A stretch of 32,322 nt of DNA from Thermodesulfovibrionales bacterium (GCA_022013235.1 JAKLQR010000349.1:1-32322), one strand, 5' to 3'; positions 1 to 9,893 are shown, counted from the stretch's first letter. The notes: generated from the sequence alone by a model not told the origin. Program-made: numbers and translations.

Positions 1-13
1 AGGAGGAAGAAGT

Positions 14-1153
14 ATGAAGAAGGTATTGGCTTTCATTGTAAGCCTCTGTCTCCTGCTTTTCACCGCAGGGACAGCAATGGCAGCGGAGGAAGAGGTATCC
101 CAGAAGGATATCGAAAGTGTGGTAAAGGCATTGAAAGACATTAAATTCAATCTGTTATGGTATCTCTCCTATATGAGTGGAGAGGGGGCAGATGTCGGTG
201 GCGCAGCCGGCGATGGAGAAAACCGCAACAAATTTGCACTCAAGAGAGGATATCTCAGGGTTACCAAAGGACTCATGCCCTGGATGGATGCGCACATGAC
301 CTTTGACGTATCCCAGGTTTCAGACAACGGGAGCAGTCTTGACGGCTCTGTCGCAGTGAGAATCAAATATGCATATGCAAAATTTAAACTGCCCGACGTT
401 GCAATTTTTACGAAGCCGTTTATAGAAGTAGGTATTGTGCATATGCCGTGGCTTGACTTTGAAGAACATATCAACTGGTACCGCTGTCAGGATACCATGT
501 TTATCGAGAGGAACAAGACATTCAACTCAGCCGATTTCGGCCTAACTGTCGTATCTCTCCTTGGCGGTGAAATCGACAAAGAGTATCAGAAAAAAGTTAA
601 TGATAAATATCCAGGCCGTTACGGAAGCATGGCATTCGGTGTATACAACGGTGGTGGATACCACGCATCAGAGAAGAATGAAAACAAGGTATTTGAAGGA
701 AGGCTGACTGTAAGGCCCTTGCCTGACATCGTTCCCGGTCTTCAGTTCTCTTACTTTGGTCTGACAGGAAAAGGGAATACAAGCGATGAGCCAGACTGGA
801 ATGTAAACCTGGGGATGGTAAGCTTTGAACATGAATATGTTGTTCTCACCGGCCAGTATTATGACGGCAAAGGCAACCAGTCCGGCAAGGACGAACACAA
901 TAAGGACGGTAATTCCATCTTTGCAGAAATCAAGCCGATCGAAAAATTCAGCCTCATCGGCAGATATGACAAATTCGATCCGAACGACGATGCAGACAAC
1001 GACGAGAGTGACAGATATATCGTTGGTGCAGCATATCATCTCGACAAGCTTCACAAGAATATGATCCTTCTTGACTACGATACCGTGAACTATGAAGATC
1101 CCGGCAAGAAGGATGACAAAAGGATACAACTGACTTTGCAGGTTGCTTTGTAA
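14..1153 (+). CDS. Signal-peptide outer-membrane beta-barrel protein, putative phosphate-selective (OprO/OprP-like) porin
   Basis: 379-aa ORF. AGGAGG at 1-6 lies 7 nt upstream of the ATG. Signal peptide MKKVLAFIVSLCLLLFTAGTAMA/AEE. G/Y/D/N-rich composition looks like beta strands. It lies upstream of pstSCAB-phoU, separated by a ~750-bp intergenic region carrying a small minus-strand ORF. The phosphate-porin call rests on context and composition, not on a recognised motif. Confidence 0.55.
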   Translation: MKKVLAFIVSLCLLLFTAGTAMAAEEEVSQKDIESVVKALKDIKFNLLWYLSYMSGEGADVGGAAGDGENRNKFALKRGYLRVTKGLMPWMDAHMTFDVSQVSDNGSSLDGSVAVRIKYAYAKFKLPDVAIFTKPFIEVGIVHMPWLDFEEHINWYRCQDTMFIERNKTFNSADFGLTVVSLLGGEIDKEYQKKVNDKYPGRYGSMAFGVYNGGGYHASEKNENKVFEGRLTVRPLPDIVPGLQFSYFGLTGKGNTSDEPDWNVNLGMVSFEHEYVVLTGQYYDGKGNQSGKDEHNKDGNSIFAEIKPIEKFSLIGRYDKFDPNDDADNDESDRYIVGAAYHLDKLHKNMILLDYDTVNYEDPGKKDDKRIQLTLQVAL

Positions 1154-1179
1154 TTTCCAGATAACAAAGCACTGCAAGA

Positions 1180-1209
1180 CCCTCCCCGCCCCGGGAGGGC
1201 GTTTCTTTA
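1180..1209 (+). terminator. Putative rho-independent terminator after the porin gene
   Basis: CCCTCCC (1180-1186) pairs with GGGAGGG (1193-1199) across a 6-nt loop, followed by CGTTTCTTT. Confidence 0.5.
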
Positions 1210-1241
1210 TACTCTCGTACAGTGAATCATTGATGTTCGTA

Positions 1242-1484
1242 TCAGCATGTCCCCGCACTTTTCACGTATGACTCATTTATACCGCGTTCAAGGGAACTTT
1301 CGACCATCCTCAGCATGGAGAGAAGCACAGCCCTGAAAGCCGGGAGCGCTGAAGGATCGGTGAAATACGAAAATATCGTATAATCCCGCGCCGGAGTAAA
1401 CCCAACAAGCACCCATTCCACATACCCGTATTTTGCCACGATATCACTGATTGCATCCATATCAAGATGATTCATTCTCCTCAC
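1242..1484 (-). CDS. Hypothetical small protein (80 aa; alternative start at 1475)
   Basis: The ORF does not overlap flanking genes. GAGGAG (reverse complement of 1487-1492) would serve the internal Met at 1475. No family recognised. Confidence 0.3.
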   Translation of the reverse strand: MRRMNHLDMDAISDIVAKYGYVEWVLVGFTPARDYTIFSYFTDPSALPAFRAVLLSMLRMVESSLERGINESYVKSAGTC

Positions 1485-1829
1485 CCCCTTTATTTTTTAT
1501 ATTTCCGGTACAGAGCATCCGGTTTGCTCCGGCCATCATCCGGATGCTTTTCGAGAAGCCTTTTCTGCAAGCCTTTATTCTGCGCCGTTCTTTACTAATA
1601 AATTAAGCATATTCTGTGCCATTGCGTGCCTTTTTATAAATCGTTGATTTAGAAGGAAACAGGGCGATAACAAAAATTTAAATTAAGGAATCAGAGGGAA
1701 TTTTGACGGTAATATGCGTATGCACGTTACCTCTTATGTCAGAATCTTAACCTCTTTTTCATAATCCTGTAACATCCCTTCGGTAATCTTTAAGGAGGAA
1801 AAGAATGGAAATGACAAATCGGTGATATA

Positions 1830-1869
1830 TGTAACAGAAATTTAACGGAATTGTAACAAAACTGTAACA
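1830..1869 (+). promoter_or_regulatory. Pho-box-like array of four 7-mers at 11-bp phasing upstream of pstS
   Basis: TGTAACA at 1830, TTTAACG at 1841, TGTAACA at 1852, TGTAACA at 1863, each followed by a 4-nt A-rich spacer. The array ends 37 nt before the pstS ATG. PhoB sites are 7-bp direct repeats plus 4-bp spacers (E. coli CTGTCAT). Confidence 0.55.
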
Positions 1870-1905
1870 ATCCGGTTGTAAGGTAAAACAATAAGGAGAA
1901 ATGGA

Positions 1906-2721
1906 ATGATGAAAAAATTTTTAATGATTATATTTACAGGTTTGATAGTCTTCTCCCTTACAGGACTCTCTTTTGGAGAAGACCTGAGAATTGATGGGTC
2001 AACCACGGTTCTGCCTATCGCACAAAAGGCTGCGGAGGTCTATATGAAGAAGCATGCTGATACAAGGATTTTTGTATCAGGCAGTGGTTCCGGAACCGGC
2101 ATCAAGGCGCTCATTGACGGCACTACTCATATCGCAACAAGTTCGAGGGAGGCAAAGGACAAGGAAGTGGCTTCAGGAAAAGCAAAGGGGATCACGTTAA
2201 CCGGACATAAGGTTGCCCTTGACGGTATCATTCCGGTTGTCCATATTTCTATGAAGATCAATGACATCACCATGGAGCAGCTCAGGGACGTTTACAACGG
2301 AAAGATAAAAAGCTGGAAAGAACTCGGGGGTCCGAACAGGCCTATTTCTGTGGTTTCGAGAGACACAAGTTCCGGCACATATGAAGTATGGGAAGAAAAG
2401 GTTTTAAAGGGCGACAAAGTGAGGGCTGATGCGCTCCTGGTTGCATCAAACGGTCAGGCTGTACAGACGATTGCACAGAATAAATTCGCTATAGGGTATA
2501 TCGGCATCGGCTACATTGACAAATCCGTAAAGATTCTTAAAGTCAACGGGAAGAGCGCTTCACCCGCATCTGTCCGCGACGGATCATGGCCAGTCGCCCG
2601 TCCGCTTTTCATGTACACAAACGGCAAGCCCACAGGCGTAATCGGCAAATTCATTCATTTCATGATGTCTGCCGAGGGTCAGAAAGTGGTGAATGAAGTC
2701 AAATACGTAAGTATTCAATAA
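1906..2721 (+). CDS. pstS: Phosphate ABC transporter substrate-binding protein PstS
   Basis: AAGGAG lies 7 nt upstream. Signal peptide present. Motifs GSTTVLPIAQ, SGSGSGTG and SRDTSSGTYE are typical of the PstS/PBP-like-2 family. First gene of a pstSCAB-phoU cluster. Confidence 0.9.
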   Translation: MMKKFLMIIFTGLIVFSLTGLSFGEDLRIDGSTTVLPIAQKAAEVYMKKHADTRIFVSGSGSGTGIKALIDGTTHIATSSREAKDKEVASGKAKGITLTGHKVALDGIIPVVHISMKINDITMEQLRDVYNGKIKSWKELGGPNRPISVVSRDTSSGTYEVWEEKVLKGDKVRADALLVASNGQAVQTIAQNKFAIGYIGIGYIDKSVKILKVNGKSASPASVRDGSWPVARPLFMYTNGKPTGVIGKFIHFMMSAEGQKVVNEVKYVSIQ

Positions 2722-2741
2722 AGATTCCTCTTACCTTATTG

Positions 2742-2811
2742 CTCCCCTTATAAAGGGGAGGACAGGTGGGGTAATATAAAACCTCCCCTGCCCCTCCTTG
2801 CTAAGGAGGGG
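2742..2811. repeat. Two C-tract/G-tract hairpins in the pstS-pstC spacer
   Basis: CTCCCCTT (2742-2749) pairs with AAGGGGAG (2753-2760). CCCCTCCTT (2791-2799) pairs with AAGGAGGGG (2803-2811). Same style as the hairpins at 7468-7517 and 26101-26184. Confidence 0.55.
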
Positions 2812-2862
2812 ATTTTAATCGAATTAGCTGAATAAAAGGGAGAATATCAAGGTGCTGAGATA

Positions 2863-3855
2863 GTGGCATTACGCTGGCAGACAAAAGAAAAGGCTATTGA
2901 ACTCATCGTAAGTACAGTTGGGTTGACCTCTGTCATAATACTGCTCCTGATCGGGTTCTTTCTTTTCAAAGAGGCTTTTTATATCTTTTTCAAGGCAGGG
3001 GTTATGAAAGTATTGTTCGGTATGGAATGGTATCCGACATATGACCCTCCGAGTTTCGGAATGCTGCCGCTGGTTGCCGGGACGCTTGCTGTTACGTTGC
3101 TCACAGCCGTTATCGCAATCCCACTGGGACTGGCGACGGCTGTTTACATTGCTGAGATTGCGCATCACAAAGTCAAGGAATTTCTGAAACCTCTCATCGA
3201 AATGCTCGCCAGCTTTCCCTCTGTCGTTCTCGGATTCTTCGGCATGGTCATCATCGCGCCCATGCTCTCCAACTGGCTTTCTCCAATACTTTCGGAAACA
3301 CTCCCCGAAATACTGAGGAGCACCAACCTGCCGTTCATCTCGACAACGCTTGCGGAGTTAGCCTATAACAAACTGTTTATCGCATCAGGACTCAATATCT
3401 CCACTGCAGCCCTGATGCTCACGGTAAGGGCTATCCCGGTCATTTCCAGTATTGCCGAGGACGCGCTCACCGCAGTCCCGCGGACATACCGTGAGGCGTC
3501 ATATTCGCTGGGAGCAAACAAGTGGGAAACCATACTGAAGGTGGTTATCCCTGCATCAGTATCGGGGTTGAGCATCGCCGTTATTCTCGGCATCGGAACG
3601 ATTATCGGAGAGACTATGATTGTGCTCATGGTTGCAGGGGGCGCTGCGGTAATTCCCTGCGGGATATTTGACCCGGCGCGGCCTATGCCGGCTGCAATTG
3701 CTGCTGAAATGGCCGAAGCACCCTATCAGAGCCTGCATTATCATGCATTGTTTGGCGTGGGAGCGCTGCTGTTTCTTATCACTTTTCTTTTGAGTCTCCT
3801 CTCGGATTATATTTCAAAGAAATACAGATCGGTAAGAATCGGAGAAAAAATTTAA
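2863..3855 (+). CDS. pstC: Phosphate ABC transporter permease PstC
   Basis: Multi-TM protein with permease EAA-type loop AEDALTAVPRTYREASYSLGANKWETILKVVIP. GTG start immediately follows an in-frame TAG. Position in the pst operon fits. Confidence 0.9.
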   Translation: MALRWQTKEKAIELIVSTVGLTSVIILLLIGFFLFKEAFYIFFKAGVMKVLFGMEWYPTYDPPSFGMLPLVAGTLAVTLLTAVIAIPLGLATAVYIAEIAHHKVKEFLKPLIEMLASFPSVVLGFFGMVIIAPMLSNWLSPILSETLPEILRSTNLPFISTTLAELAYNKLFIASGLNISTAALMLTVRAIPVISSIAEDALTAVPRTYREASYSLGANKWETILKVVIPASVSGLSIAVILGIGTIIGETMIVLMVAGGAAVIPCGIFDPARPMPAAIAAEMAEAPYQSLHYHALFGVGALLFLITFLLSLLSDYISKKYRSVRIGEKI

Positions 3856-4754
3856 TGTCCGCGGACAGGGAAAAACAAGACACTTTCGACCTGATAAGGA
3901 AGAAAAGGATCGATCTGAAGCAGGGATTTTTCCTTAACCTCATGCGGACAATGGGGTTTACCGGAGCATTCATACTGCTGGCAATTCTGTTCTTTGTGGC
4001 ATATAACGGCATTCATATTCTAAGCTGGGAATTTATTACCCAGCCGCCGGTCGATGCAATGACCAAGGGAGGTATTTTCCCGGTCATTATAGGCACAATC
4101 CTGCTGACATTTTTTTGCATGCTTGTGGTCATACCGATTGGCGTAACAACAGCTATTTTCCTTGCAGAATACTCAAAACCCGGAGTACTTCTGAAGATGG
4201 TAATGATGTCCATTTATACCCTTGCCGGAGTCCCTTCCGTCGTCTTCGGTCTCTTCGGTCTTGCAGTGTTTGTCGTGGCCTTCAATTTCGGCATGAGTCT
4301 GCTTGCGGGTTCCCTGACTCTTGCGATTACGGTACTCCCCTATATTATTTCCACATCTGAAGAATCGTTAAAAGCCGTACCCTACAGTTTTAAAGAGGCC
4401 TCCCTGGCGTGCGGAGCAACGAAATGGCAGACGATCAGAAAGGTTATTGTTCCTACTGCCATGCCGGGTATCCTTACAGGGGCAATTCTCGGGACAGCCA
4501 AAGTAGCCGGTGAAACTGCCCCTATCATGTTTACCGCGGCCGCATTCTTCACTCCGGGGGTGCCCCGGTCATTGCTGGAACCTGTTATGGCATTGCCCTA
4601 TCATATCTATGTCCTCGCCACTGCCGGCACGCATATCGATGAAACACGGCCGATACAGTACGGGACAGCGCTGACACTGATCGTACTCGTTCTGGGGATG
4701 AACTTGCTGGGGATTATTTTACGTTCAAGACAGAGGAAGAAGAGATCATGGTAG
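3855..4754 (+). CDS. pstA: Phosphate ABC transporter permease PstA
   Basis: TAATG stop/start overlap with pstC. Loop [32 protein letters not shown]. Multi-TM. Confidence 0.9.
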   Translation: MSADREKQDTFDLIRKKRIDLKQGFFLNLMRTMGFTGAFILLAILFFVAYNGIHILSWEFITQPPVDAMTKGGIFPVIIGTILLTFFCMLVVIPIGVTTAIFLAEYSKPGVLLKMVMMSIYTLAGVPSVVFGLFGLAVFVVAFNFGMSLLAGSLTLAITVLPYIISTSEESLKAVPYSFKEASLACGATKWQTIRKVIVPTAMPGILTGAILGTAKVAGETAPIMFTAAAFFTPGVPRSLLEPVMALPYHIYVLATAGTHIDETRPIQYGTALTLIVLVLGMNLLGIILRSRQRKKRSW

Positions 4755-5512
4755 AGAAGAACGCACTGTTCGAGATAAGAAATTTCAGCATCCATTACGG
4801 AGATTTTTTAGCAGTCAAGAATGTGACTGTGAACATCGAGGCTCATAAAATAACGGCAATCATAGGCCCCTCGGGTTGTGGAAAATCAACCCTCCTCAGG
4901 GCGCTGAACCGGATGAACGACCTCATCGTCACTGCATGGGTAGAAGGGGAAGCATTATTCCATGAGGTAAACATCTATCACAAAGATGCCGATGTTATCG
5001 AGTTACGGAAACGAGTGGGCATGGTTTTTCAGAAACCCAACCCTTTTCCGAATTCTGTGTATGAGAATGTTGCGTATGGTCCGAAAATCCGGGGGATAAA
5101 AAAGAAAAGCCAGCTCGATGAGATCGTTGAAAACGCTCTTGTCAGAGCAGATCTATGGAAAGAGGTAAAGGATAAGCTCAACGAATCAGGCATGAGCCTG
5201 TCCGGAGGACAGATGCAGCGGCTCTGCATTGCGCGCTCCCTGGCACAGGAACCGGAAGTGCTCCTGTTTGACGAACCGACATCGGCTCTGGACCCTATAT
5301 CAACCGCTAATATCGAAAACCTGCTCCAGGAGCTTCAGAAAACTGTTACCATAGTAATAGTAACTCATAATATGCAGCAGGCTGCGCGGATATCAAAATA
5401 TACATCTTTTATGTATCTGGGAGAACTTGTTGAGTTCGGGGATACCGACACTATTTTTGTCAACCCCAGGAACAAGCTTACAGAAGAATACATCACAGGA
5501 AGGTTCGGATAA
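4748..5512 (+). CDS. pstB: Phosphate ABC transporter ATP-binding protein PstB
   Basis: Walker [13 protein letters not shown] signature LSGGQMQR, Walker [12 protein letters not shown]. Overlaps the pstA end by 7 nt. Confidence 0.95.
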   Translation: MVEKNALFEIRNFSIHYGDFLAVKNVTVNIEAHKITAIIGPSGCGKSTLLRALNRMNDLIVTAWVEGEALFHEVNIYHKDADVIELRKRVGMVFQKPNPFPNSVYENVAYGPKIRGIKKKSQLDEIVENALVRADLWKEVKDKLNESGMSLSGGQMQRLCIARSLAQEPEVLLFDEPTSALDPISTANIENLLQELQKTVTIVIVTHNMQQAARISKYTSFMYLGELVEFGDTDTIFVNPRNKLTEEYITGRFG

Positions 5513-6177
5513 TGACAATCTTTGATGACGAATTAATAGCGGTAAAAGCAAAGGTTCTGAAACTCGGATTGATGGTGGAGACCGCTATCCGGGATTCTGT
5601 CAACGCACTGGTTGAAAGAGACAGTGAACTGGCAAAGGAAGTCATCAAAAATGATCATCTCGTCAACGCACTCGACGTGAGCATCGATGAGGAATGTGTG
5701 CGACTGATTGCCCTCAGGCAGCCGATGGCACGTGACCTGAGGCTCATTACCACCGCCATGAAGATAACCACTGACCTCGAGAGGATGGGTGACCTCGCTG
5801 TGAACATCGCGGAACGTGCACTGGAACTGAATGAAGAGCCGCAGCTGAAGCCCTTTGAGAATATACCGAAAATGGCGGCAATTACCCAGTCGATGGTCAA
5901 GGACGCCCTCGATGCCTTTGTCGCAGGATGCTCGCGCCTTCCCTATGAGGTGATTAAGAAAGACGACGAGGTAGACGACCTGAACGTCAGGAATTTTAAT
6001 GAACTCCTCTCCCTCATGCTCCAGGACCCGAAGATTATTCCCCTCGCGGTAAAGAGAACCTATATCGCAAAATACCTTGAACGGATCGCGGACCATGCAA
6101 CCAATATCGCCGAGATGATCATCTATATGTGCAAGGGGAAGATGATCAGACATACAGAGATTACCGACGAATCGTAA
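5512..6177 (+). CDS. phoU: Phosphate signalling regulator PhoU
   Basis: TAATG overlap with pstB. Two PhoU repeats with ERMGDLAVNIAE and ERIADHATNIAE. Confidence 0.9.
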   Translation: MTIFDDELIAVKAKVLKLGLMVETAIRDSVNALVERDSELAKEVIKNDHLVNALDVSIDEECVRLIALRQPMARDLRLITTAMKITTDLERMGDLAVNIAERALELNEEPQLKPFENIPKMAAITQSMVKDALDAFVAGCSRLPYEVIKKDDEVDDLNVRNFNELLSLMLQDPKIIPLAVKRTYIAKYLERIADHATNIAEMIIYMCKGKMIRHTEITDES

Positions 6178-6251
6178 CAAGGTTCCGGGTTCTTTTATTC
6201 CGTCCGTCAATACGCTTTTCGGTCATGACAGGAACAGCAGGCTGCATTCAG

Positions 6252-6279
6252 TTGACTTTTGTCGCCCATGAGGTACAAT
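6252..6279 (+). promoter_or_regulatory. Sigma-70-type promoter for the ACT-domain gene
   Basis: TTGACT (6252-6257), 16-nt spacer, TACAAT (6274-6279), then AAGGGAGGG and the ATG at 6314. Confidence 0.5.
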
Positions 6280-6313
6280 TATGCTAAACACTACAACAAG
6301 GGAGGGTGCGAAT

Positions 6314-6715
6314 ATGGCAAAGGCGAAAAAAGTGAAACAGTTGAGTTTTGAGACGAAAGACAAGGTCGGAATGCTTTCAGCGGTTACTGCTGCGATCGCT
6401 GCAGCAAAGGTTGATATTACCGCAATCTGCGCATACGGCATGGACCGTGAAGCTTATTTTATGCTGCTCACCAGCAGCAATGCAAAGACGAAGAAGGCAC
6501 TCGGCAAGTTGGGTATTCCTGTAGAGGAAGAGGATGTGGTTTTGGTAGAACTTCCGAACAGGCCGGGAGCATTACAGCAGGTCGCGAAAAAAATTGCGGA
6601 CAGCGGAATTAACATACAGTATATGTATGCGACAGCCGGTTCCGGCAAAACATCAACAGCGGTGCTCGCTACGGACAATGACGCAAAAGCAGTAAAGGTC
6701 ATAAACAAGAAGTAG
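6314..6715 (+). CDS. Tandem ACT-domain protein
   Basis: Two ACT-like halves (KVGMLSAVTAAIAAAKVDITAI... and NRPGALQQVAKKIADSGINIQYMY). I prefer the start at 6314 (MAKAKK) because the track start at 6281 lies just downstream of the predicted -10 element, where a 5' UTR would begin, whereas 6314 is preceded by AAGGGAGGG. Confidence 0.7.
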   Translation: MAKAKKVKQLSFETKDKVGMLSAVTAAIAAAKVDITAICAYGMDREAYFMLLTSSNAKTKKALGKLGIPVEEEDVVLVELPNRPGALQQVAKKIADSGINIQYMYATAGSGKTSTAVLATDNDAKAVKVINKK

Positions 6716-6825
6716 CGTAAAGACTAAAAAGTTAATTATTCAGAAAGAGGTCACGGGAAAACCGGAATAAACAGGTGATCTGAAAGATTTACGGAATGCA
6801 TCGATTGCAGATCGGATTCTTTGAA

Positions 6826-7239
6826 TCAGTGTAAAGGTTGATTTTCCTGTATATCTGACGGTTCCGGTTCTTCTGACGTAGTCTGATCCTGTGACCTCCT
6901 TGCAGTGCGTATTCCTTCCACCAGGACTAAAACAAATACAATAGTAAATCCGATAAGAATTCCTATGAGATTGATCAGTTTGAGCACTGCAAGGACGATC
7001 AAGATGAATGCAAGGGTAAAAAACCTGAATATGCTCAGAAAAATAACCTTGCCGCTCGCTCTGTACATTGCAAAATCCCTCAGCCCCCACGCGAGGCCTT
7101 TCAGATTGAACAAGCCCAGCATCCCGCCGACAAGAATGCTGAAAGGGAGTTTTTTCCATTCATAGGCTGCAGAGAGCAGAGCTGCAGCCACAAGGATCAC
7201 CATGCCCAGCTTATTTATTCTCTTTATCAGATCCTTCAT
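6826..7239 (-). CDS. ATP synthase subunit I (AtpI)-like small membrane protein
   Basis: About four TM helices and a hydrophilic tail. Lies immediately downstream of an AtpZ-like gene. An alternative Met at 7203 would remove the 29-nt overlap. Family recalled from composition and context only. Confidence 0.5.
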   Translation of the reverse strand: MKDLIKRINKLGMVILVAAALLSAAYEWKKLPFSILVGGMLGLFNLKGLAWGLRDFAMYRASGKVIFLSIFRFFTLAFILIVLAVLKLINLIGILIGFTIVFVLVLVEGIRTARRSQDQTTSEEPEPSDIQENQPLH

Positions 7240-7447
7240 CGATATTCTTTGCCATTTTGAACAGGTCTTTGAATCCGGCTGCGATACCTAGCAGTGCAAA
7301 GATAAAAAGGAGCCAGTGACTCTCCATGCCGAAAAGTTTCTCTAAACCGTATCCTATGGCGCCGCCGACAACCGTACCAATGACTATGTTCAGGCCGGCC
7401 GTACTGGCCTTCCACATATGCTTTAAAATTGTTTTGTCGAATATCAT
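7211..7447 (-). CDS. AtpZ/ATPase_gene1-like two-TM protein
   Basis: 78 aa. GGAIGYGLEKLFG...HWLLFIFALLGIAAGF matches the remembered AtpZ pattern GYxLDkxxgTxPWxxxxxxLLGxxaG. Confidence 0.6.
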   Translation of the reverse strand: MIFDKTILKHMWKASTAGLNIVIGTVVGGAIGYGLEKLFGMESHWLLFIFALLGIAAGFKDLFKMAKNIDEGSDKENK

Positions 7448-7467
7448 GGTTGGTTTGGTAATCCATA

Positions 7468-7517
7468 TAACCCCCCAAAATCCCCCCTTAATTTAAGGGG
7501 GGAAATAAGGGGGGTTA
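7468..7517. repeat. 50-nt nested C/G-tract palindrome between hemL stop and atpZ-like start; possible hemL terminator
   Basis: Outer stem TAACCCCCC (7468-7476) pairs with GGGGGGTTA (7509-7517). Inner stem CCCCCCTTA (7482-7490) pairs with TAAGGGGGG (7494-7502). On the minus strand the inner hairpin is followed by ATTTT. Confidence 0.5.
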
Positions 7518-7529
7518 CGTTCTTTTGGT

Positions 7530-8816
7530 TCATCTGGTTTCCAGGAGAGACTCGTATACTGCCCGAATTGTCTTTTCTATGTCGTTCACTGAGTGTGCGA
7601 GAGAAATGAAGCCTGCCTCGAACTGCGAGGGAGCGATGTACATACCTTTTTTGAGCATGCTCAAAAAGAACCTGGCAAATCTGGCGGTATCCGATGTCTT
7701 CGCAGTCTGATAATCGACTACAGGAGTATCCGTGAAATACGTGCAGAACATCGTCCCTGCACGGTAAAACCGCGTCTTTACCCCGGCTCTTTTTGCGGCA
7801 TCGATAAGTCCTTTTTCCAGGGATGATGCTTTCTGTTCCAGTTTTTTGTATGTGTCCTTTTTTGAGAGTATCTTCAGGGTCTCGATGCCTGCCGTCATCG
7901 CAAGAGGATTCCCTGACAGAGTGCCTGCCTGATAGACAGGCCCTTCAGGTGATACCATTGCCATGATTTCCTTCTTCCCGCCGCAAGCACCAACAGGGAG
8001 ACCGCCGCCGATAACCTTTCCCAGACAGGTCATATCGGGAGATATGCCGTAGTAAGCCTGAGCGCCGCCATAGGTTACCCGGAACCCTGTCATAACTTCA
8101 TCGAATATCAGGACGATGCCATAAGCCTTTGTGAGTTTTCTTAACGTTTCGAGAAAGCCGGGCTTCGGGAGAACACAGCCGATATTCCCGACAACAGGTT
8201 CGAGTATCACACATGCAAGAGATTTCCAGTTATTTTTGATGACTTCTTTGCAAGCAGAAATATCATTAAAAGGCACCGTGATGGTATTTTTCGCATAAGA
8301 TTTTGGCACACCCGGACTGTCGGGGACGCCGAATGTAGTTGCTCCGGACCCTGCCTTGACAAGCAGTCCGTCAGCATGTCCGTGATAGCATCCTTCGAAC
8401 TTGATTATTTTGTCCCGGCCCGTAAACCCGCGCGCAATCCTGATTGCGCTCATGGTTGCCTCGGTGCCTGAATTCACCATCCGCACCTTGTCCATTGACG
8501 GATAGGCTTTCAATACGAGTTCTGCGAGTTCAACCTCCAGGGAGGTCGGCGCCCCGTAGCTCGTACCTTTGTCCAGGGCTGTCCTGAGTGCATTCATGAT
8601 CTTTGGATGGGCATGACCGAGTATCAAAGGCCCCCAGGAGAGGACATAATCTATATACCTGTTCCCGTCAACATCATAGATCTTTGAGCCTTGCCCCCTG
8701 CTGATAAACACCGGCTTTCCCCCGACCGCGCGGAAAGCCCGCACCGGGCTGTTGACCCCTCCCGGGATAAGCTTTTGGGCTCTTTTATAGAGCCTGTGTG
8801 ATTTTGTGAACCCCAT
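7530..8816 (-). CDS. hemL: Glutamate-1-semialdehyde 2,1-aminomutase
   Basis: N-terminal [13 protein letters not shown] and PLP-lysine region [13 protein letters not shown]; class-III aminotransferase length. Start moved to Met29 of the track ORF (ATG at 8816) to match the usual HemL N-terminus. Confidence 0.93.
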   Translation of the reverse strand: MGFTKSHRLYKRAQKLIPGGVNSPVRAFRAVGGKPVFISRGQGSKIYDVDGNRYIDYVLSWGPLILGHAHPKIMNALRTALDKGTSYGAPTSLEVELAELVLKAYPSMDKVRMVNSGTEATMSAIRIARGFTGRDKIIKFEGCYHGHADGLLVKAGSGATTFGVPDSPGVPKSYAKNTITVPFNDISACKEVIKNNWKSLACVILEPVVGNIGCVLPKPGFLETLRKLTKAYGIVLIFDEVMTGFRVTYGGAQAYYGISPDMTCLGKVIGGGLPVGACGGKKEIMAMVSPEGPVYQAGTLSGNPLAMTAGIETLKILSKKDTYKKLEQKASSLEKGLIDAAKRAGVKTRFYRAGTMFCTYFTDTPVVDYQTAKTSDTARFARFFLSMLKKGMYIAPSQFEAGFISLAHSVNDIEKTIRAVYESLLETR

Positions 8817-8951
8817 GGATATCCCCCTGTAATTGTTTTCAGGAATCTGTTTTTTTACTATATCATATGTGACGACAATGATATCACTTTTCTGTATCAA
8901 AAAGAATGTATCTTATGCTATAAAAAGAAAATTTATCTTATGGGAGGATCT

Positions 8952-9893
8952 ATGAAAAGATTCACAATTGTGATAACCATTTTTCTCCTTTGTGCTTTCA
9001 TCGGATGTGCAAAAAAGGGTGAACAGAAGGGGGCATATCTCGCAAAAGTCGGCAGCGCAAAGATTACGGAAGCTGACCTTGACCGTGAAATCAAAAACCT
9101 GCCCGAATTCGCACAGAAGCTGTTTGAAGGCAGCGGGGGAAAGGAAAAGTTCCTCGATGAACTCGTCAAGAAAGAACTCCTCTATCAGGAAGCCATGAAG
9201 AAGGGCCTCGACAAGGATACCGAATACCAGAAAAAGCTCGAGGACTTCAAGAAACTCACGCTTATCAGTGTTCTCCTGGAAAAGCAGATTGAAGAAAAGA
9301 CAAAGGTCTCGGACCAGGAAGTAAAAGATTATTATGAGCAGCACAAGAATGATCTCGCAGCAATCAGCAAGATGCGGGCCAGCCACATCCTGGTAAAAAG
9401 TGAAGATGAAGCAAGGAAAATACTGGCAAGGATAAAGAAAGGCGAAAATTTCGCAAAGATCGCCGAAAAAAGTTCCCTTGATACCGGCACCGCGAAAAAC
9501 GGCGGCGACCTGGGATATTTCTCTCAGGGGCAGATGGTTCCCGAGTTTGAGTCTGCAGCTGCCAGACTGAAAGCGGGCGAAATCAGTGAGCCGGTAAAGA
9601 CACGCTTCGGGTACCATATCATCAAGGTAACCGACAAGCAGATGGGCAAGCCGGTAGAGTTCGAAAAGATCCGGAGCAACATCTACCAGCGTCTCGCAGC
9701 AGAAAAACAGAAGGAATTTTTCGATTCCTATATCACTGACCTGAAAACCCAGTACAAGGTTGAGATCAATAAAGATGCGGTAGCCAAACTGTCAGGCGGG
9801 TCTGCAACACAAGAAGAGCCTGTTGAACAGCCGGAGCAGAAACCAGAACAGAAAGAAACAGGAAAAGAAAAACAGGAGCCGCAAAAGAAATAA
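8952..9893 (+). CDS. PpiC/parvulin-type peptidyl-prolyl isomerase lipoprotein (PrsA/SurA-like)
   Basis: GGGAGGA precedes the ATG at 8952. Lipobox LLCAFIG/C. Parvulin core ASHILV...GGDLGYFSQGQMVPEFE...FGYHIIKV. Low-complexity E/Q/K/P tail. Confidence 0.85.
   Translation: MKRFTIVITIFLLCAFIGCAKKGEQKGAYLAKVGSAKITEADLDREIKNLPEFAQKLFEGSGGKEKFLDELVKKELLYQEAMKKGLDKDTEYQKKLEDFKKLTLISVLLEKQIEEKTKVSDQEVKDYYEQHKNDLAAISKMRASHILVKSEDEARKILARIKKGENFAKIAEKSSLDTGTAKNGGDLGYFSQGQMVPEFESAAARLKAGEISEPVKTRFGYHIIKVTDKQMGKPVEFEKIRSNIYQRLAAEKQKEFFDSYITDLKTQYKVEINKDAVAKLSGGSATQEEPVEQPEQKPEQKETGKEKQEPQKK

Noticed and set aside
668-1258. 196-aa ORF antisense to the first porin gene
   Set aside because: It overlaps a well-supported signal-peptide ORF and extends through that gene's terminator. 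No motif recognised.
1805-1825. Six-codon mini-ORF MEMTNR with strong AAGGAGG upstream of the Pho boxes
   Set aside because: It is too short to evaluate and has no attenuator structure linked to it. Probably a chance occurrence.
5533-6210. 225-aa ORF antisense to the whole of phoU
   Set aside because: phoU on the plus strand is unambiguous (two PhoU repeats, operon coupling). The antisense frame has no recognisable motif, RBS or independent context.
6281-6313. Upstream start codon for the ACT-domain gene (track start 6281)
   Set aside because: The ATG at 6281 lies just downstream of the predicted -10 element and has no RBS. The ATG at 6314 is preceded by AAGGGAGGG.
7236-7478. 80-aa ORF overlapping the atpZ-like gene in another frame
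   Set aside because: Arg/His-rich shadow frame. The AtpZ-like frame has the two TM helices and the family pattern.
8913-9617. 234-aa ORF antisense to the PPIase gene
   Set aside because: Cys/Phe/Leu-rich, non-protein-like sequence. The plus-strand parvulin lipoprotein fully explains the region.
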